A stretch of DNA of 64,000 bases from Zancudomyces culisetae HAW-14-8 (taxonomy: Eukaryota > Fungi > Kickxellomycota). Positions 24,201 to 33,946 of the stretch are shown piece after piece (positions within the stretch are counted from its first letter, which is position 1; each line of letters begins with the position of its first letter). Location: the NCBI GenBank assembly GCA_052426225.1, contig JBNJNM010000012.1, positions 2,460,971-2,524,970 on the forward strand, written 5' to 3'. The notes below the pieces were generated by a model that saw only the letters and a program-made list of their open reading frames with translations, did no database searches and was not told the origin of the DNA. The translations under genes and the position numbers were made by a program.

Positions 24201-27200
24201 ACAGAGTCCAAATATTCTGACTGCCACAAACTGTCCTTTTTAAACCAGGAATCAAGGTTTTCATCCAAAATGGGAATGAATGGTACTGGCTTTCTGCCAG
24301 GTTCTTGACATATGTTTAAGAAAAAATGAGAGTCTATCACTGATATTGCTGTTTTAGATGCGTTTGGATGCATCTCCAATATAGTATTTACAATCTCAGT
24401 TGGTTGAGAGAGTTGTGCACTTGATTGCAGTATCATTTCATGTGGTATATAGCTAAATCTCTCTTCTATTTTTCTTAAAAAGTCTGCTACTATTTCTGTA
24501 TATGAGGAATGAATCCATTTATCATTTTTCTGATCAAACATCAAATCAACCATCCTAAATATAACTTCTGAGTATGTCATCTCTTCCAAATCGCACACAT
24601 CTCCGTTTTCTTTACGTCCAAACCAAGGCCTTTGATAATCCTTATTGAGCCGCCCAATGATATACTCCTTTTTCTGCTTTAAAATCTTTTTTCTCTCCTC
24701 GACAGGCAGACTAAAGATGGTTTTATCAAGCTCATCCCAGAGCATCACCGCTCTATTAGCAATCATATGGATTGGCTGGCCGAGTTCAGAAATCACAGAG
24801 ATGATCCCACCAGCTGGTCCATTATATGTGTCTGCCCACTTTATATCCGGAACACCGGGTGTGTCCACTATCAACTGTTTCACTTTATAACTTGTAGGAC
24901 ATTCTTTTGCAACCATCATCCTCGACCCAAGAAGAATACCATCAAATGGCATTCTAGGTCTTTCATAAGCCATACTCCAGTCACCAGTAATATACGGCAA
25001 TGTGTCTTTATCGCCACCAAACCCTGATCCCGCGACCAAAACAACGTTTTCGCACATCCTAATCTCGGCATATGTTTCTAAAATTGGCTGGTGGAAATCT
25101 TCGGAGCTATGGTGCCCACCGCCACGCCCGCCTGTCCACTGAAGAATAATATTCATTTTGGGGTTATTTTTAGCCACTAAAACAACCTGCCTTATAGATT
25201 CAGCATTGCCTGGTTTAAAAGAAATATGCTTTATTCCGCATTGAATCATTCCTTCAATTAATTCGGTTGATGTTTCCAAACTAGGAACACCTGCCGAAAT
25301 ACAAACTCCATCGATTGGAGCACCCTCGAGTCTCATTCTGTTTAGCAGCGGTAGCTGAAGACTTGCCATTCTTGCGTTCAAGAAAATTACATTTACTGTG
25401 ATCCCATCACCTGGTCCAATGTTTCTTCGTATTTTTTCAACCTCCTCTCGTAGTGATGCCTCAGAATAATGACCTCCACCAGCAAGCTCAATATGATAGC
25501 CAGAATTAAGAACAGACGATACAAAATCAGACCCAATAGTCGATGGTGTCATACCAGCAACCATGATATGGGGCTTTCCTAGAAGTCGTGTCATGCGTGT
25601 GTCAAGCATAAGGCTTCCGGTGTACTTATTTTGCACTATTTTTGGTCCAAACTCCTTTTCCCAGTTTTGACTATATGTCACAGAATTAGGATCGTTGTTT
25701 AACAAATCTACAAGCGTTTTTGTACCTTCAGGTATGATTTTATTGGGACTTGCAAAAATGACTTGAACACCAGTGCCCAGTTTGTTGTTTGCGGTCAATG
25801 AGCCAATTCCTGAAATTCCACCAGGACCAAAGTCAACAATGTGTGTAATGTCTTTTAACTCTGTTGCCTTAATCCAATTTACTTGTTCAATACATATCTC
25901 GTTGATAAGTATATATGTTAAATCTTTATCTTTGGTATCGTACATGGACCCGCATACAGATTTTACTGGAATATTCATAAATTTGCTTTGAAATAGAAAT
26001 CCTTCCGTTTTTATTCTACGATGTATTTGGTCGATATGCTTCCTCATCAAATTGCTGTGTAGCGGATTAGGATTCTGTATATACTCGAATTTAATTTCAT
26101 CAGTCAAGTTTACACAATTTTTATTTTTTAGGTTCGAGATATGAGATTTAGAGAATTCTTTGAGCTTGAGAACAAACAAACGCAAAATATGATCAGGACC
26201 TGTAAGCTGACACACACTATTTGATTTAATAAACGAAACGCATACTCTTTCGTCTGGGTCAAGATCTTTGTTGACCTGGTTAACTATTGTGTTTAGCGAT
26301 TTTATTGGAATATTCATAACTTCTAATTGTATAGTCGGCATACCAGAAGGGTTTGTAGTTGTACGACTTTTAACGGAATCTCTGCTGCTGTGGATAGAGT
26401 TTTCAATATCAGCGTGGAGTCCCACGTAGTATAAAAAACCCAAGGCGTTTTTCGAGTTGTGAATGAAGCTATTATGATCGTTGGAACATGATATAGCTAC
26501 AGCCACTACGGTACCACAGCCAAATCCTGCTAGACTATCGAATCTTCTTGTAACCCAACTATGACTTCTTTTCGATACTCTACAAACCAGGTAGTATAAT
26601 GACAGACTTACAAGACCCGAAAGTATCATACTCGCCGCTATTGAATGTTGAAAACCAAGTTCTTCAAAGGTTTGACATTCCTTTTTTTTCAAAAGATCTA
26701 AAATATTGATTCTGAACTTTGCCAGGCCTTTTTTATATTCATCGCTTGAAATTCCAAGTACGAGCTCCGAAAGAGTTGTTACATAGTCGTTTAATAGCGA
26801 ATTATAAGTCCCTAGCAAATTTTCTAGCACTTGTAAACTCACATCGGGTGAGATATATCCATCAAATATCCCTGCTAGTTTTAGTTTTTTTTTTATTGAA
26901 AGCTCGAAAATCGCACTCAAGTGCTCATCGCTTTTTTCTGGTTGTATATTTTCCTTGACTGTAGCACTTTCTATAATGTCAACACAAGTAAAGTAGCTAT
27001 TTAGAATGTTCTTTCTAGAATTATCGTCGACTTTGCTGACAGCAACATGAATATCGTTGTTATTCAAATATTCATTATCAATAACATCAAGCAAGAACCG
27101 AAGTACTCCTATCTGTTCGGGTTCAATATTGGCTTTATCGATCGAGTGAAGGTTAATATAATGGTGTATGAATTTAGTAACTAAGTCGAGCTGAACAATT

Positions 27201-27337
27201 TTGGAGCTTTTATTCTCTACTAATATTGCTGGGTCTATACTTGGTTCAAAACTTCCTGATGTGTGCTTTAAAGTTGCCTCATATTCCTGTGGAACGGATA
27301 GTGTACACAAATCTTTATACAGGTAGACTTTGCTCAT
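15236..27337 (-). CDS. Single-chain fungal type I fatty acid synthase (AT-ER-DH-MPT-ACP-KR-KS-PPT) with degenerate AT and KS active sites, ~4033 aa
   Basis: Likely ATG at 27337 (the track start at 27418 is TTG). Intact motifs: ER LQWTGGRGGGHHS, DH ADLNPIH/HGMW, MPT FTGQGSQ/GHSLG/VPFHS, ACP GKSAMQNE, KR VTGCGKNSIG/YAESK, PPT GIDIE/WCAKEA. Degenerate: KS PSTSYS (for PVGACA) and SMYSSS (for SFHGTS); AT GFGCG (for GHSQG). Confidence 0.95.
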   Translation of the reverse strand: MSKVYLYKDLCTLSVPQEYEATLKHTSGSFEPSIDPAILVENKSSKIVQLDLVTKFIHHYINLHSIDKANIEPEQIGVLRFLLDVIDNEYLNNNDIHVAVSKVDDNSRKNILNSYFTCVDIIESATVKENIQPEKSDEHLSAIFELSIKKKLKLAGIFDGYISPDVSLQVLENLLGTYNSLLNDYVTTLSELVLGISSDEYKKGLAKFRINILDLLKKKECQTFEELGFQHSIAASMILSGLVSLSLYYLVCRVSKRSHSWVTRRFDSLAGFGCGTVVAVAISCSNDHNSFIHNSKNALGFLYYVGLHADIENSIHSSRDSVKSRTTTNPSGMPTIQLEVMNIPIKSLNTIVNQVNKDLDPDERVCVSFIKSNSVCQLTGPDHILRLFVLKLKEFSKSHISNLKNKNCVNLTDEIKFEYIQNPNPLHSNLMRKHIDQIHRRIKTEGFLFQSKFMNIPVKSVCGSMYDTKDKDLTYILINEICIEQVNWIKATELKDITHIVDFGPGGISGIGSLTANNKLGTGVQVIFASPNKIIPEGTKTLVDLLNNDPNSVTYSQNWEKEFGPKIVQNKYTGSLMLDTRMTRLLGKPHIMVAGMTPSTIGSDFVSSVLNSGYHIELAGGGHYSEASLREEVEKIRRNIGPGDGITVNVIFLNARMASLQLPLLNRMRLEGAPIDGVCISAGVPSLETSTELIEGMIQCGIKHISFKPGNAESIRQVVLVAKNNPKMNIILQWTGGRGGGHHSSEDFHQPILETYAEIRMCENVVLVAGSGFGGDKDTLPYITGDWSMAYERPRMPFDGILLGSRMMVAKECPTSYKVKQLIVDTPGVPDIKWADTYNGPAGGIISVISELGQPIHMIANRAVMLWDELDKTIFSLPVEERKKILKQKKEYIIGRLNKDYQRPWFGRKENGDVCDLEEMTYSEVIFRMVDLMFDQKNDKWIHSSYTEIVADFLRKIEERFSYIPHEMILQSSAQLSQPTEIVNTILEMHPNASKTAISVIDSHFFLNICQEPGRKPVPFIPILDENLDSWFKKDSLWQSEYLDSVVGQDAQKVCILQGPVAVSYANVVDEPVSDILNGINQSHIRSLLDTMYEGDETRVPEIEYSVEIGVNTTKTLPGTIECVSMANKKTFKLLQDDTDRLPTSDEWYSVFCGGKQSWLSALLFSRSIVRGEDVTENNIRSTLAPIPKTTTTIHFDDSGYPTELCVENEHHFKSIKILYECKDKTITITMNDKPNANTYSVFFKFSYKPETPYALIHEIVNERNSRVSEFYKQLWVHHPEQYTMHVDETGERTVIQNSVIVSPKDVAKFCQVVDNISHQYVYNNIEGYSYIPMDFVFSILWGAICTASHNCADANMLDIVHYSVKLESLCDYQLLKTSDNLSATARLLSVTNSPMGKMTTSEGILMKDGVPHYKVVTSSLFRGKFNDYQNTFSIKDETKAKISLNTEEDLKVLQSKEWLIAGENYDRLVQVGSVLVFNLVSSVRYKGIKEFSSVKTVGSVEVLSQNTLPVEVGCVDYESGHAYGNPVLAYLERNGEPFDEPQYFEDGGYSAIPKDLRHLAISHTRISNKEFALVTADLNPIHTNIFFANLSGLPGTIVHGMWTSAATRRVVETCAAEGHPERVAVYEVNFLDMVLPGDTLETKLTHVGMRNGRKIIKIETFTSIGNKVLEGVAEINPPKTAYLFTGQGSQVVNMGVDLYNGSEAVKEIWNSVDKYMDDLYGFSLLEIIRLNPSEKTIYFGGSRGKEIRTRYINMRYEITNKQGESEYISIFPEINERSESYTFRSPTGLLNATQFTQPSIMLFAMAASQDMLNNNLVHKDLVFAGHSLGEFCALLVMGGMVKVETMIELVFYRGLAMQLSVERNKEGASKYGMVAFNPSRIASKFMEMMFEKVVDMIKEKRPGLMEIVNYNIYNWQYVIAGELVLLDIFSQVTDVLFYQKEQLNGIFKKSHDTESEDIVDTEMMQEFSAFVEKTICQIIAKSDKKYNASNGYISLTRSKCTIPIPGIDVPFHSSFLLSGVPLMRQFLHKSITKENVVVEQLERRYIPNVTGKMFAVSKAYFEMVYSAIHSPHLREVIDHWDESHLADRHEKQRLGHILLVELLSYQFASPVQWIETQNTIFGDCNIEQAIEVGPSSVLVGMATRTIHAKFKDQDDLEGIQRTILHCISDKEFIYHANRQNESNEPQESNASLPISSKKLSTDKQSEAADTQTSTSRSSEQVTKPAEIPTATPADLHYSPALENSSGDGHRSQGVAAQIEDVKITAREIITSIVAQKLKKSYIDISDSKSIKDLVNGKSAMQNEIISDLQKEFQNQLPDKAEEMPLIELFGQLNNSSGGLGPFSSVRVSKLVNSKMPGGFTIPKIKEMLNKKYGLGPLRADCLLLLGTTFEPENRLANEKDMNSWLEIVANQYAKIFGIQYSQLSVSSSAGKSTTVINSKEFTSLVEKQDTLLNSHLESLNDYFGVSYSKSHEALEETTNKLGEVQAQIDYLLSEQGEVFIEGIKSIFEEEKVRVFDSYWNWSLARADSLFYRMVEMNSEKIKETLMDEFRHLVNCSSIQLVGFLKYKLQILKQENSLTHENKELAAKIELLRDLVNVCEANVELDPLYKGLEKFVGPRTTVSNKGEIQYTETPRAGVNSCVDYLKSMVKGIPNLASRTQDSDISSGLKVEEIFDFINSNSGGGEKTLDLNRISALLSELATRKREAHTDQSDKTSQLEKDMREFDDFQQFSKQILIKDRIPFLHLRTRFSHEIWNYDPDSTSVYMAAILDISKHGISYSGKNVLVTGCGKNSIGLSLVKALLVSGANVIATTSNFKYDNIRMYEKVYKEHGSKKSSLTVVPFNQSSQTDINNLVDFIYKPKASGGLGLDLDLFIPFAAMSEINRDITCIDSYSELSHRTMLINIIRMVGRIVKNKNELNSVFRPTRVVVPLSLNHGGFGYDGLYAESKIGLETLFDKWRAESWGGIINIIGVVVGWARGTSLMNQNDIVAEEMEKQGGKTFSPDEIALNVMGLLHPRLSQVSNSGPMYVDISGGFGIMMDFNDRCVKIRNNLMFQSSLQKKIVAETSFDFNMIEGENVERLYKTTQAIPQSKLWLEFPKTKTYDELENLNYMKNMLDLDKTVVLVGYGEVTPYGTAETRWDFEVDENLSTESCIVLAWIMGYIEYFNGKQKDGRYYNGWIDCETKQPIEEKRIRSIYEMKIVQNSRIRNIDPELMRGYNPDERVTIQEIEIQEKMHPIITTQVEAEHFKLRNEDKVKIWSNGDETWSVQFLPGAKLYFPKATKIDSNTVGLLPKGWSAKRYGIDTDTINQVDYLTLLTLVSTCDSLMRAGIEDPYEFYKYVHLTEVGNSVGSFVGGVESFLETCLGRLRDEDVQKDILQETFPSSMSGWINLLLLSSAGPIKIPSTSYSNGLASVSIAVESIQMGKAKVMIAGGQDDVDEEMNLELFLNKELVTASKEQKAGRTVKDHFRPFTNTSDGFVESIGSSTMVLMSARTALEMGVPIYAIIAFCQTNTSSYATYREYVGYGVLSNSRECDPITNMPNPILDISYRKDQLEKRLLEIKKWATEEYSYITSTGFDEYFQTDNFGSNGLVSDRDLFLSSNTSQSKLDLITEVINSISNQENRLRKEAISFWTNEFWRSDKTISPIRGALSCFGLDINDIDVVSMYSSSISRMDHMELKIADIQFNYLGRTPGNICPVVSQKGLIGHTKSASSVIELTGLIQSINTGIIPGNRISDNISNDYKDYTFTFFPYESYKRPMVKAGILRSYGKSKDCGEMIVVHPDYLLASLDRHEYASYLKKRNQRQIKANRYYQNTLTGLKKHVKIKSDPPFSKEMEELVYMNPNARVSFDPVSETYSFNRFDQITEPESGSINDLIINNTVLALDKIIKNIDKKQICGIGIDIEPVSSLNVENENFITRNFTKKEIEYCKTQSSIASGFTMLWCAKEATIKAITSFNDQHGSNVELWSKGAAAPLIDIEIEDIASDDTYIAASVKFYNKLAELVERIGINTIELNIVFDCMQVVALSVAK

Positions 27338-28639
27338 TTTCGCTTTATTTTTTTTTTGCTTGGTCCTTGTCGATAGTTGTGATTTTAGCGATAGAAACTT
27401 TTCCAGTTCTTTGTACAAAGTTATCGTGTGAATATCATATATTGCTTTTTTTGGTTTATAAATAAGATATCTTTACTGAACAAGAAAAGGATAGATACAT
27501 GAACGATTTAGACTCCTCTATATAATTTGCATATTTGATTCTATTTTCTAGTTATTCTAGATTACCATATTTCCGCACATCATATTTATTGGAATTTACG
27601 CATAGTAATTAAATCTAAAATTAGAGCAAAATTCCATTAAATTCTGTGCACTGAAGGCTTAAAATTACCATTCACCAATTCCAATTGGAAGCTAGGTCGG
27701 GTTTTATATTTGATTCTCGAGTTAATTTGAGTTGCTAATCCCAGGTATTTTTTTTTGATTTCTAAAAAAAGAAATTGTCTGAATTTTAATAAAAAGTTAG
27801 AATACTCAGAGTTTATTTACAGAATTTATTCACCAATTGGCTTCCAGGCTTGATCAATTTAAAAACACCTGGAAGTTATTGGGCTTGACACGTTTTTTTC
27901 TTTTCTCAAAAATACCGAAACTATTCCCAAAAGCCACCAATGTTGTGCAAAGCTGAACAACAGGCAATAGAGTAAGAATCTAAGTTTTAGTGATTAGTCA
28001 TAATGTGGTTAAGAAGGTAAAGTTGTGTATTGGCTATAAAATTAAACTGTAGCTGTGTATTTACATTTAGGCAGTATCAGCGTGCTTCATAGGGTACAAG
28101 AACATAACATATGTAGATAAAGTAGTGCTAACACACTAGAAAAAGCTTTTAATTTCTTTGTTAGTAAATTATAATGGTCTAAATAACTTGAGAATAATGA
28201 TAAATCTCATAAATATAAATCTATAGTTTACACCTATGTCGAAACTATTCATAGCGATTAAAGTTCAAATAATTTATCTTGAGCCAGATAAAAATAGCTA
28301 TTAGAATTTCAGTAGAAAAAAATTTCGATGTAAAAGTTATTAGTATGTGCTAGGAGAAGGTAAACCGAACTGGCTATGTTCGAGATGATATCAATTTATA
28401 GGAGTCATATACAAAGCCTCTGCATTTTTAAATTAGCAATTCCTCATATTATAATAACATATATTATGAGAATTAATGGCAAGTGGGTTTTATAGGAAAT
28501 TTAATAAGAATACACTATAAAGATCGTTGAGTCATTGATATTACCCCTGGGCTTTATATCAAAAAGGTATAAAACATTTAGGCTTAAATGAGGTTTTGGT
28601 TTCTGCATACAAATAAAAGCTAAGGCTTCATTCATTACC

Positions 28640-29800
28640 ATACACTTTAAGTATAGATTCGCATATCAATTTTTTCAATTTTTTCCCGACACTCACATCT
28701 TCACCTGTTTAAGAGTTTGTACTTGTGCAAACGTTCTGGGTGTCCGGTACTCAACACCGAAAAAACCAATAAAGATGTTGGAAGTTGGTGTAAACGAAAC
28801 AGCGGAAGCTGGTTGGGAATTTATGTGTTTCAAACGAACTTCTTATAAATACAGAGTTGATACAGCGGTAATACATCAAATCGCTGTTGCAATTTGTCAA
28901 ACATAAATTCAACTTCCTAGATGACGATAAGCTAGGTTTGGTTCAATCATGTATCGCACCAAAAACATCTGTTTAAAAAATTGTCAACTTTCTATGTAAT
29001 ATTTATTGTATTCCGAGAATACTATCGGACGTGACTAGGCAGGTCCCGTTCCTTATTCGGGTTTTTTATGGTTTGAAACCCCTGCTGAACTATACTTCCT
29101 AGTTGAGCCAATGGGTCACTGACAGCTCAGGTTCAATATTCATTGAAGATGCACCTGAACGGTCACTGTCGGAAGAATAGCGACCTTCATTCTTGAACTT
29201 TTGAATAATAGCTGAGCGGAGTTGAATCACAAGACCTGACAATTAGTTTTTAGTATTCTAGAACATTTTTTTTTAGTTTTCAAAACTAGTCTTATAACTT
29301 ATACTTATTGAATAAATATTGTTTCAAGCAAATTCCTTGCTGTTAAACCTTATTTATTTCCTTGATTACTTTATATTTTGAAGTTACTAAAAGAAATTAT
29401 GAAACTTTTGTTGATTTCCTTGAACAGTAAATTATATATATTATTTACATAATTGCGCTAATATGAGTAATTGTTTATTCTGCTTGTAATCATTTGATAT
29501 CTTATTGCATTTTCTATATTCAGATTTGTACTCACAACATTTCATATATCTTAAGTTATAAATTCTTTTCCAGTTCTTGTTTCATTTTATATATATTTTT
29601 TGAACTTTTGATCCGAATATTTCCGTCATTATCTGTATTCGGAAATTTAACCCGTATTTTTTGTAATCAAGATAATAAATAAAACTAACTTTAATTTAAC
29701 ATTATTATATTTTCCATTGTAGTAAATTTATTTCGGTTGTAATTAGATTCGGTAGGTCTTAAAACCCGGTACAGTCTACATTGGTTAGTTCAATACCCAG
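28640..29800 (-). mobile_element. Degraded repeat, probably the 3' part of a non-LTR (LINE-like) ORF; homologous to 41620-42431
   Basis: Minus-strand translation SGLVIQLRSAIIQKFKNEGRYSSDSDRSGASSMNI...FQTIKNPNKERDLPSHVR aligns with the 42192 ORF (GLMKQLRTAIILQFRDEGRYSSDSERSGVSSMDI...FQSMKNMTKKRDPPGHVR); multiple stops and frameshifts. Boundaries approximate. Confidence 0.5.
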
Positions 29801-32800
29801 TTACCTTTTTGCAACATAAATGACATAACAAGCATTAAATAAAATTTTCTGAACTGTACAGGATGGGTTGCACCTTGGTTGTAGAATCTAGAACAAAAAA
29901 CCTCGCAAATAATAACAAATAAATTAAAGATTGTATTAGGAGAGTAAATGAAGAAAAAAGCATAAATTTCCTGTGACATTTTTTGTACTTTGTGTTATTT
30001 TCTTTGTAGGTCTATTTTGCAAATTATAAAAATTGTAGTTGCACTATGATACTCTAACACTGTCACTAAATACAGCTATACAAACACAGAAGTTCTAATG
30101 TTATAGTAATTTTTCATTTTCAAACAACAGTGACAAATATTGTGAATCATAAAATTTTTTTCTGAATGTATAAACTTGTTAATTGATCAATAACTCTTTT
30201 TTATATAGCTTAATCACCAGAAAATGAGTACCAAAAGCTACTATTTAGTCATAAATATTAATTCAAATTTAAGTAACTATCAAAATTTTAATTATACTTT
30301 AGCACGATTATTGGTATTCTAATATAATCGAATAGTTAAATATAAAATACATCTAAGTTAGATAAGCAAGCATACTATCAACGTATAATTGATTGTTAAC
30401 TATTGTAATTACCAGTCTTGTTATAGTCCATTTATCCATCATTACAACTAAAATTAAAGGCAAATTGCTTTTTTGTATCTATAATAGTTTAGGTTTAGCC
30501 TTTCTAAGGCTTTAATGTTTGAATTTTTACTTGTTTATTACCATATTACCTGGATATTTTTAGATACACAACGTTTTACTTGAAATTATCAGGAATATCC
30601 ATTTCAATCACTTTAGGTTCTGGATTAAATTAGAAAGTCGCTTTCTGTAAAAAAAAACCAGCAACTACTTATGTTGGGAAGGATAAAAAATATGAGAGCA
30701 ATTTAGCCCTGCACGTTTGTATTCCGAGATTTTTTTGTGTCATTCACATTTTTTCCAATAATAGCTGATGGGTGGCACAACTCTTTTTTTTGTTAAAATT
30801 TTCATAAAATACAGTTAATATATTTTGTTTCCAACGAGTTTAATAAGTAAATATCAAATAATATAATAATAATCTTAAATGATGCCTTATAGAAAACTCC
30901 GTTCCGTCCCTAAAGGGGCTCCACGTATATCAGACGTTGTTCAAAGGAATAAAATCTATGAACCAACGGAGTATGTTTTTTGTAAACACATGAATCTTAG
31001 ATTTTACTACTTGTAGATTAGGTGATAGATAATTAAATTTTTTTTGAGACGCACAGTATGTAATAATCATATCCCTCTGACTTATTAGAAGAATGTGTTT
31101 ATTAAGCTTTAAAATATTGGTTTTTTGGGAAAACTCTATTCTCGATATATCATATATTACGTAACGGGAAAGAAAAATCAAATAAATTTATCCGTTTGTA
31201 TTGCATTTAATATTATTTGCAAACTAGCTATTGTGGTAATAGACAGATTGTTGAAAAAGTTTAATTTATTATCGAGAAATTTGAAAAACTATGTTCCTAA
31301 GATGACACATCACCTTGATAAGTCAGACTTAAAATATTTATACCATTTGCTGCTATCTGTCATGAATATGACAAAATAAGATTTCGAATTAGTATTATTA
31401 CAATACTGATTCAAAACACTTTTTTAACTGAAACATTTCGTTGTTTAAATCATTTACTTTAGTAATGATACCAACACAAAACGAAAGTTATAATTATAAC
31501 ATAAATTTTACAATAGTTAATTAAATATTAGTACATGTTTAGATAAGTAATAATATATTGAATATATAAAGTAATATTTTTCGCTTTGAAATTCTTAGCG
31601 ATAAAATATTATCTTATCCTAAATAAAATACTTCAAGCAACAATAGTACCTAGTGTCAATCGTGACATGCCTTTTATAATGATTCTGATATAGGTTGATA
31701 TGAAAACACTATATCGGTGTACTCTGGTGCTATTTTACTTGGTTTTAGGATATTGCACTCAGTAAAATGAATATTCATTGAATAGTGGATCTCACACTCA
31801 AATTGTAGAAAGTAATAAATTTAAATTAAATTACTGATATCAGAGAAACTCAACTTTAATATTAAATAAATTCGTATAGTCATCTTGCCTAGATCTGAAT
31901 TATTTTGTAGACTCCATAATTATACTCGCGCTAGCGTCTTTTCACTAAAAATCCAAATCTAAACCAAATTTTTTATTTCTTGCACTTTAATATGTATTCT
32001 ATCTCTTCAATAAGCTGAAAAGTAGAGTATTTACACTACTTGTTTTTAAATTTAGGTATAATATAACAATAAAAACATACCTATATTAACTCGACGATGT
32101 AAAAATACACTAAACAAACAGTAGTAGAATTTGAAAGCGTAACATAATATGGTATTTTCGTTAATTAAATTTTATCTCTAATCTAAAATTACTCGAACAT
32201 CCTAGTTGCGTTGGTGTGTTATGTGGTTTGGTTGACCAAATTATAGTTAAGCTTGCTAATACAAAACAGTTTTAGATATTTGAAACATTCAATTTTAATC
32301 AGCGTTCACTAATAAAGCCCAATTTTTAGCATTCGTTTGAATTTGATCAAATCAAATACACTGTTCGTAAGAGTGTATTTATCGAACCCACTTGAAATGC
32401 ACTAGAAGCCCTGTCCACTATAATTAATATTCAAACAAACTATAATTATACTCTTAAGTATATATAGTTTCAACTACAATATTGTAAACGGAATTATTAC
32501 TTTGTACTAGAACATTCCTGTTCATCATTTTAACTCTAGTAAGCTTTAAAATAATATCAAGAGCTTATCCTTCTAGCTCAGAAATTGACAATATTTAAAA
32601 ATTATACCAAGAGATATACGGATGCAAAATTTTAATAAATTACAAATCTAAAGATGATACCTTTGTGCTGCTCAACCTGTCTAGAAGTTTTCGTTATACT
32701 GTAACTAGATTATTTGATTTTCGTACATCTAGAATCTATTAGTTCATTATTTTATCAGACATGTCTAGCTGGTATTAATATTGAAATAAACCAGTAGACT

Positions 32801-33946
32801 ATTTAGTTACCTAAAACTAAAATTATGGCTCAGATATGAAAAATGATGGAATATTCGGGAATATCTATTCCAAACGCCCAATTAAAATTTCAAAATATAA
32901 ATTAAAACTTTGTTTCTAGACTACGACTTATCGCACTCTAGTAGAGATACTCTGCTGACACCGGAGGTGATAAGAAGTGTTTTACTATTCTTCCACTTTA
33001 TTTCTAGATTTTTAATTTTTTATATTCCTTTTTCATTAGTCTATTTAGTTTTTCTCTAATAACTAGCTATATCATTTTAATTGTTAAATAAAATATACCT
33101 AGAAGTTTGAACTTACAATATATTGTACGATCTATAATAATTTTGCCTAGTATTTGATCTACATGCTTTTGATCAGCACACCTGTTACAAATAAGATATA
33201 CTGTATAGAAAAGTCTACTAAAAGTATTACTTTACTAGATCTACAAATGTTTAGTTCTCTAAAAATTATAAATAGCGATAGATAAAGTCCTAGTTTGAAA
33301 CTCCATCCTCAGCTAAAATAGATAAAAATAGATTAAAATAGCCACAAAGTTTATTACTGAATAAGAAAATATCTAAAAATGCGCATTTTAAGTTATACAT
33401 TGGCCATCCAGCTTCTTTCGGCTACTCAGAAACTCCTAGTATCAGGTCATTGCGGTGTTATGAATACACATGTATCATAACAGTATTGTATATTTAATCA
33501 ATAATATTTAATTAATATTAATGATATTACATGTGAATCATTAATATTCTTTAATTTAAGTTTATATTATTTAATTATTATTTAATTAAAGTTTTATACA
33601 TTATATTGATACACATGATCAATATTAAATATAACATCATTAATATTATGTATTTTAATGAAATAAGTTTATTATTTATAAATATTTATGATAATATTAG
33701 TTTTAGTTTTATATTAAGTTTTATTACAAACTTATTTGTATAAAAGGGTATACATATCCCTTTGATGAACAACTAAGTTTAACAATCTCGTTAATAACTT
33801 ATAAAGTTTTATTAGTTATAATTTATAAATACTGTGTGTTAAAATAAACATTTAATTAATAGCTTTCGAAAACTAACTGTGTGATAGTTTGTTAATACCA
33901 TTATTATTGTATATGATATTGGTATCTAACATGCGGTTGCAATTCC

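Noticed and set aside
15236-27337. FAS as a polyketide synthase or the core of a secondary-metabolite cluster
   Set aside because: Domain order and motifs are those of fungal FAS, the KS is inactive, and no tailoring or transporter genes are adjacent.
15540-27465. Many short plus-strand ORFs and 20572-21174 (-) inside the FAS
   Set aside because: Antisense or alternative-frame by-products of a long ORF; no motifs.
30930-31379. Short ORFs in AT-rich DNA
   Set aside because: No recognisable motif; probably decayed repeat sequence that I cannot classify.
33460-33700. Imperfect inverted repeats in extremely AT-rich DNA
   Set aside because: Expected by chance at this base composition; no TSD or clear TIR.
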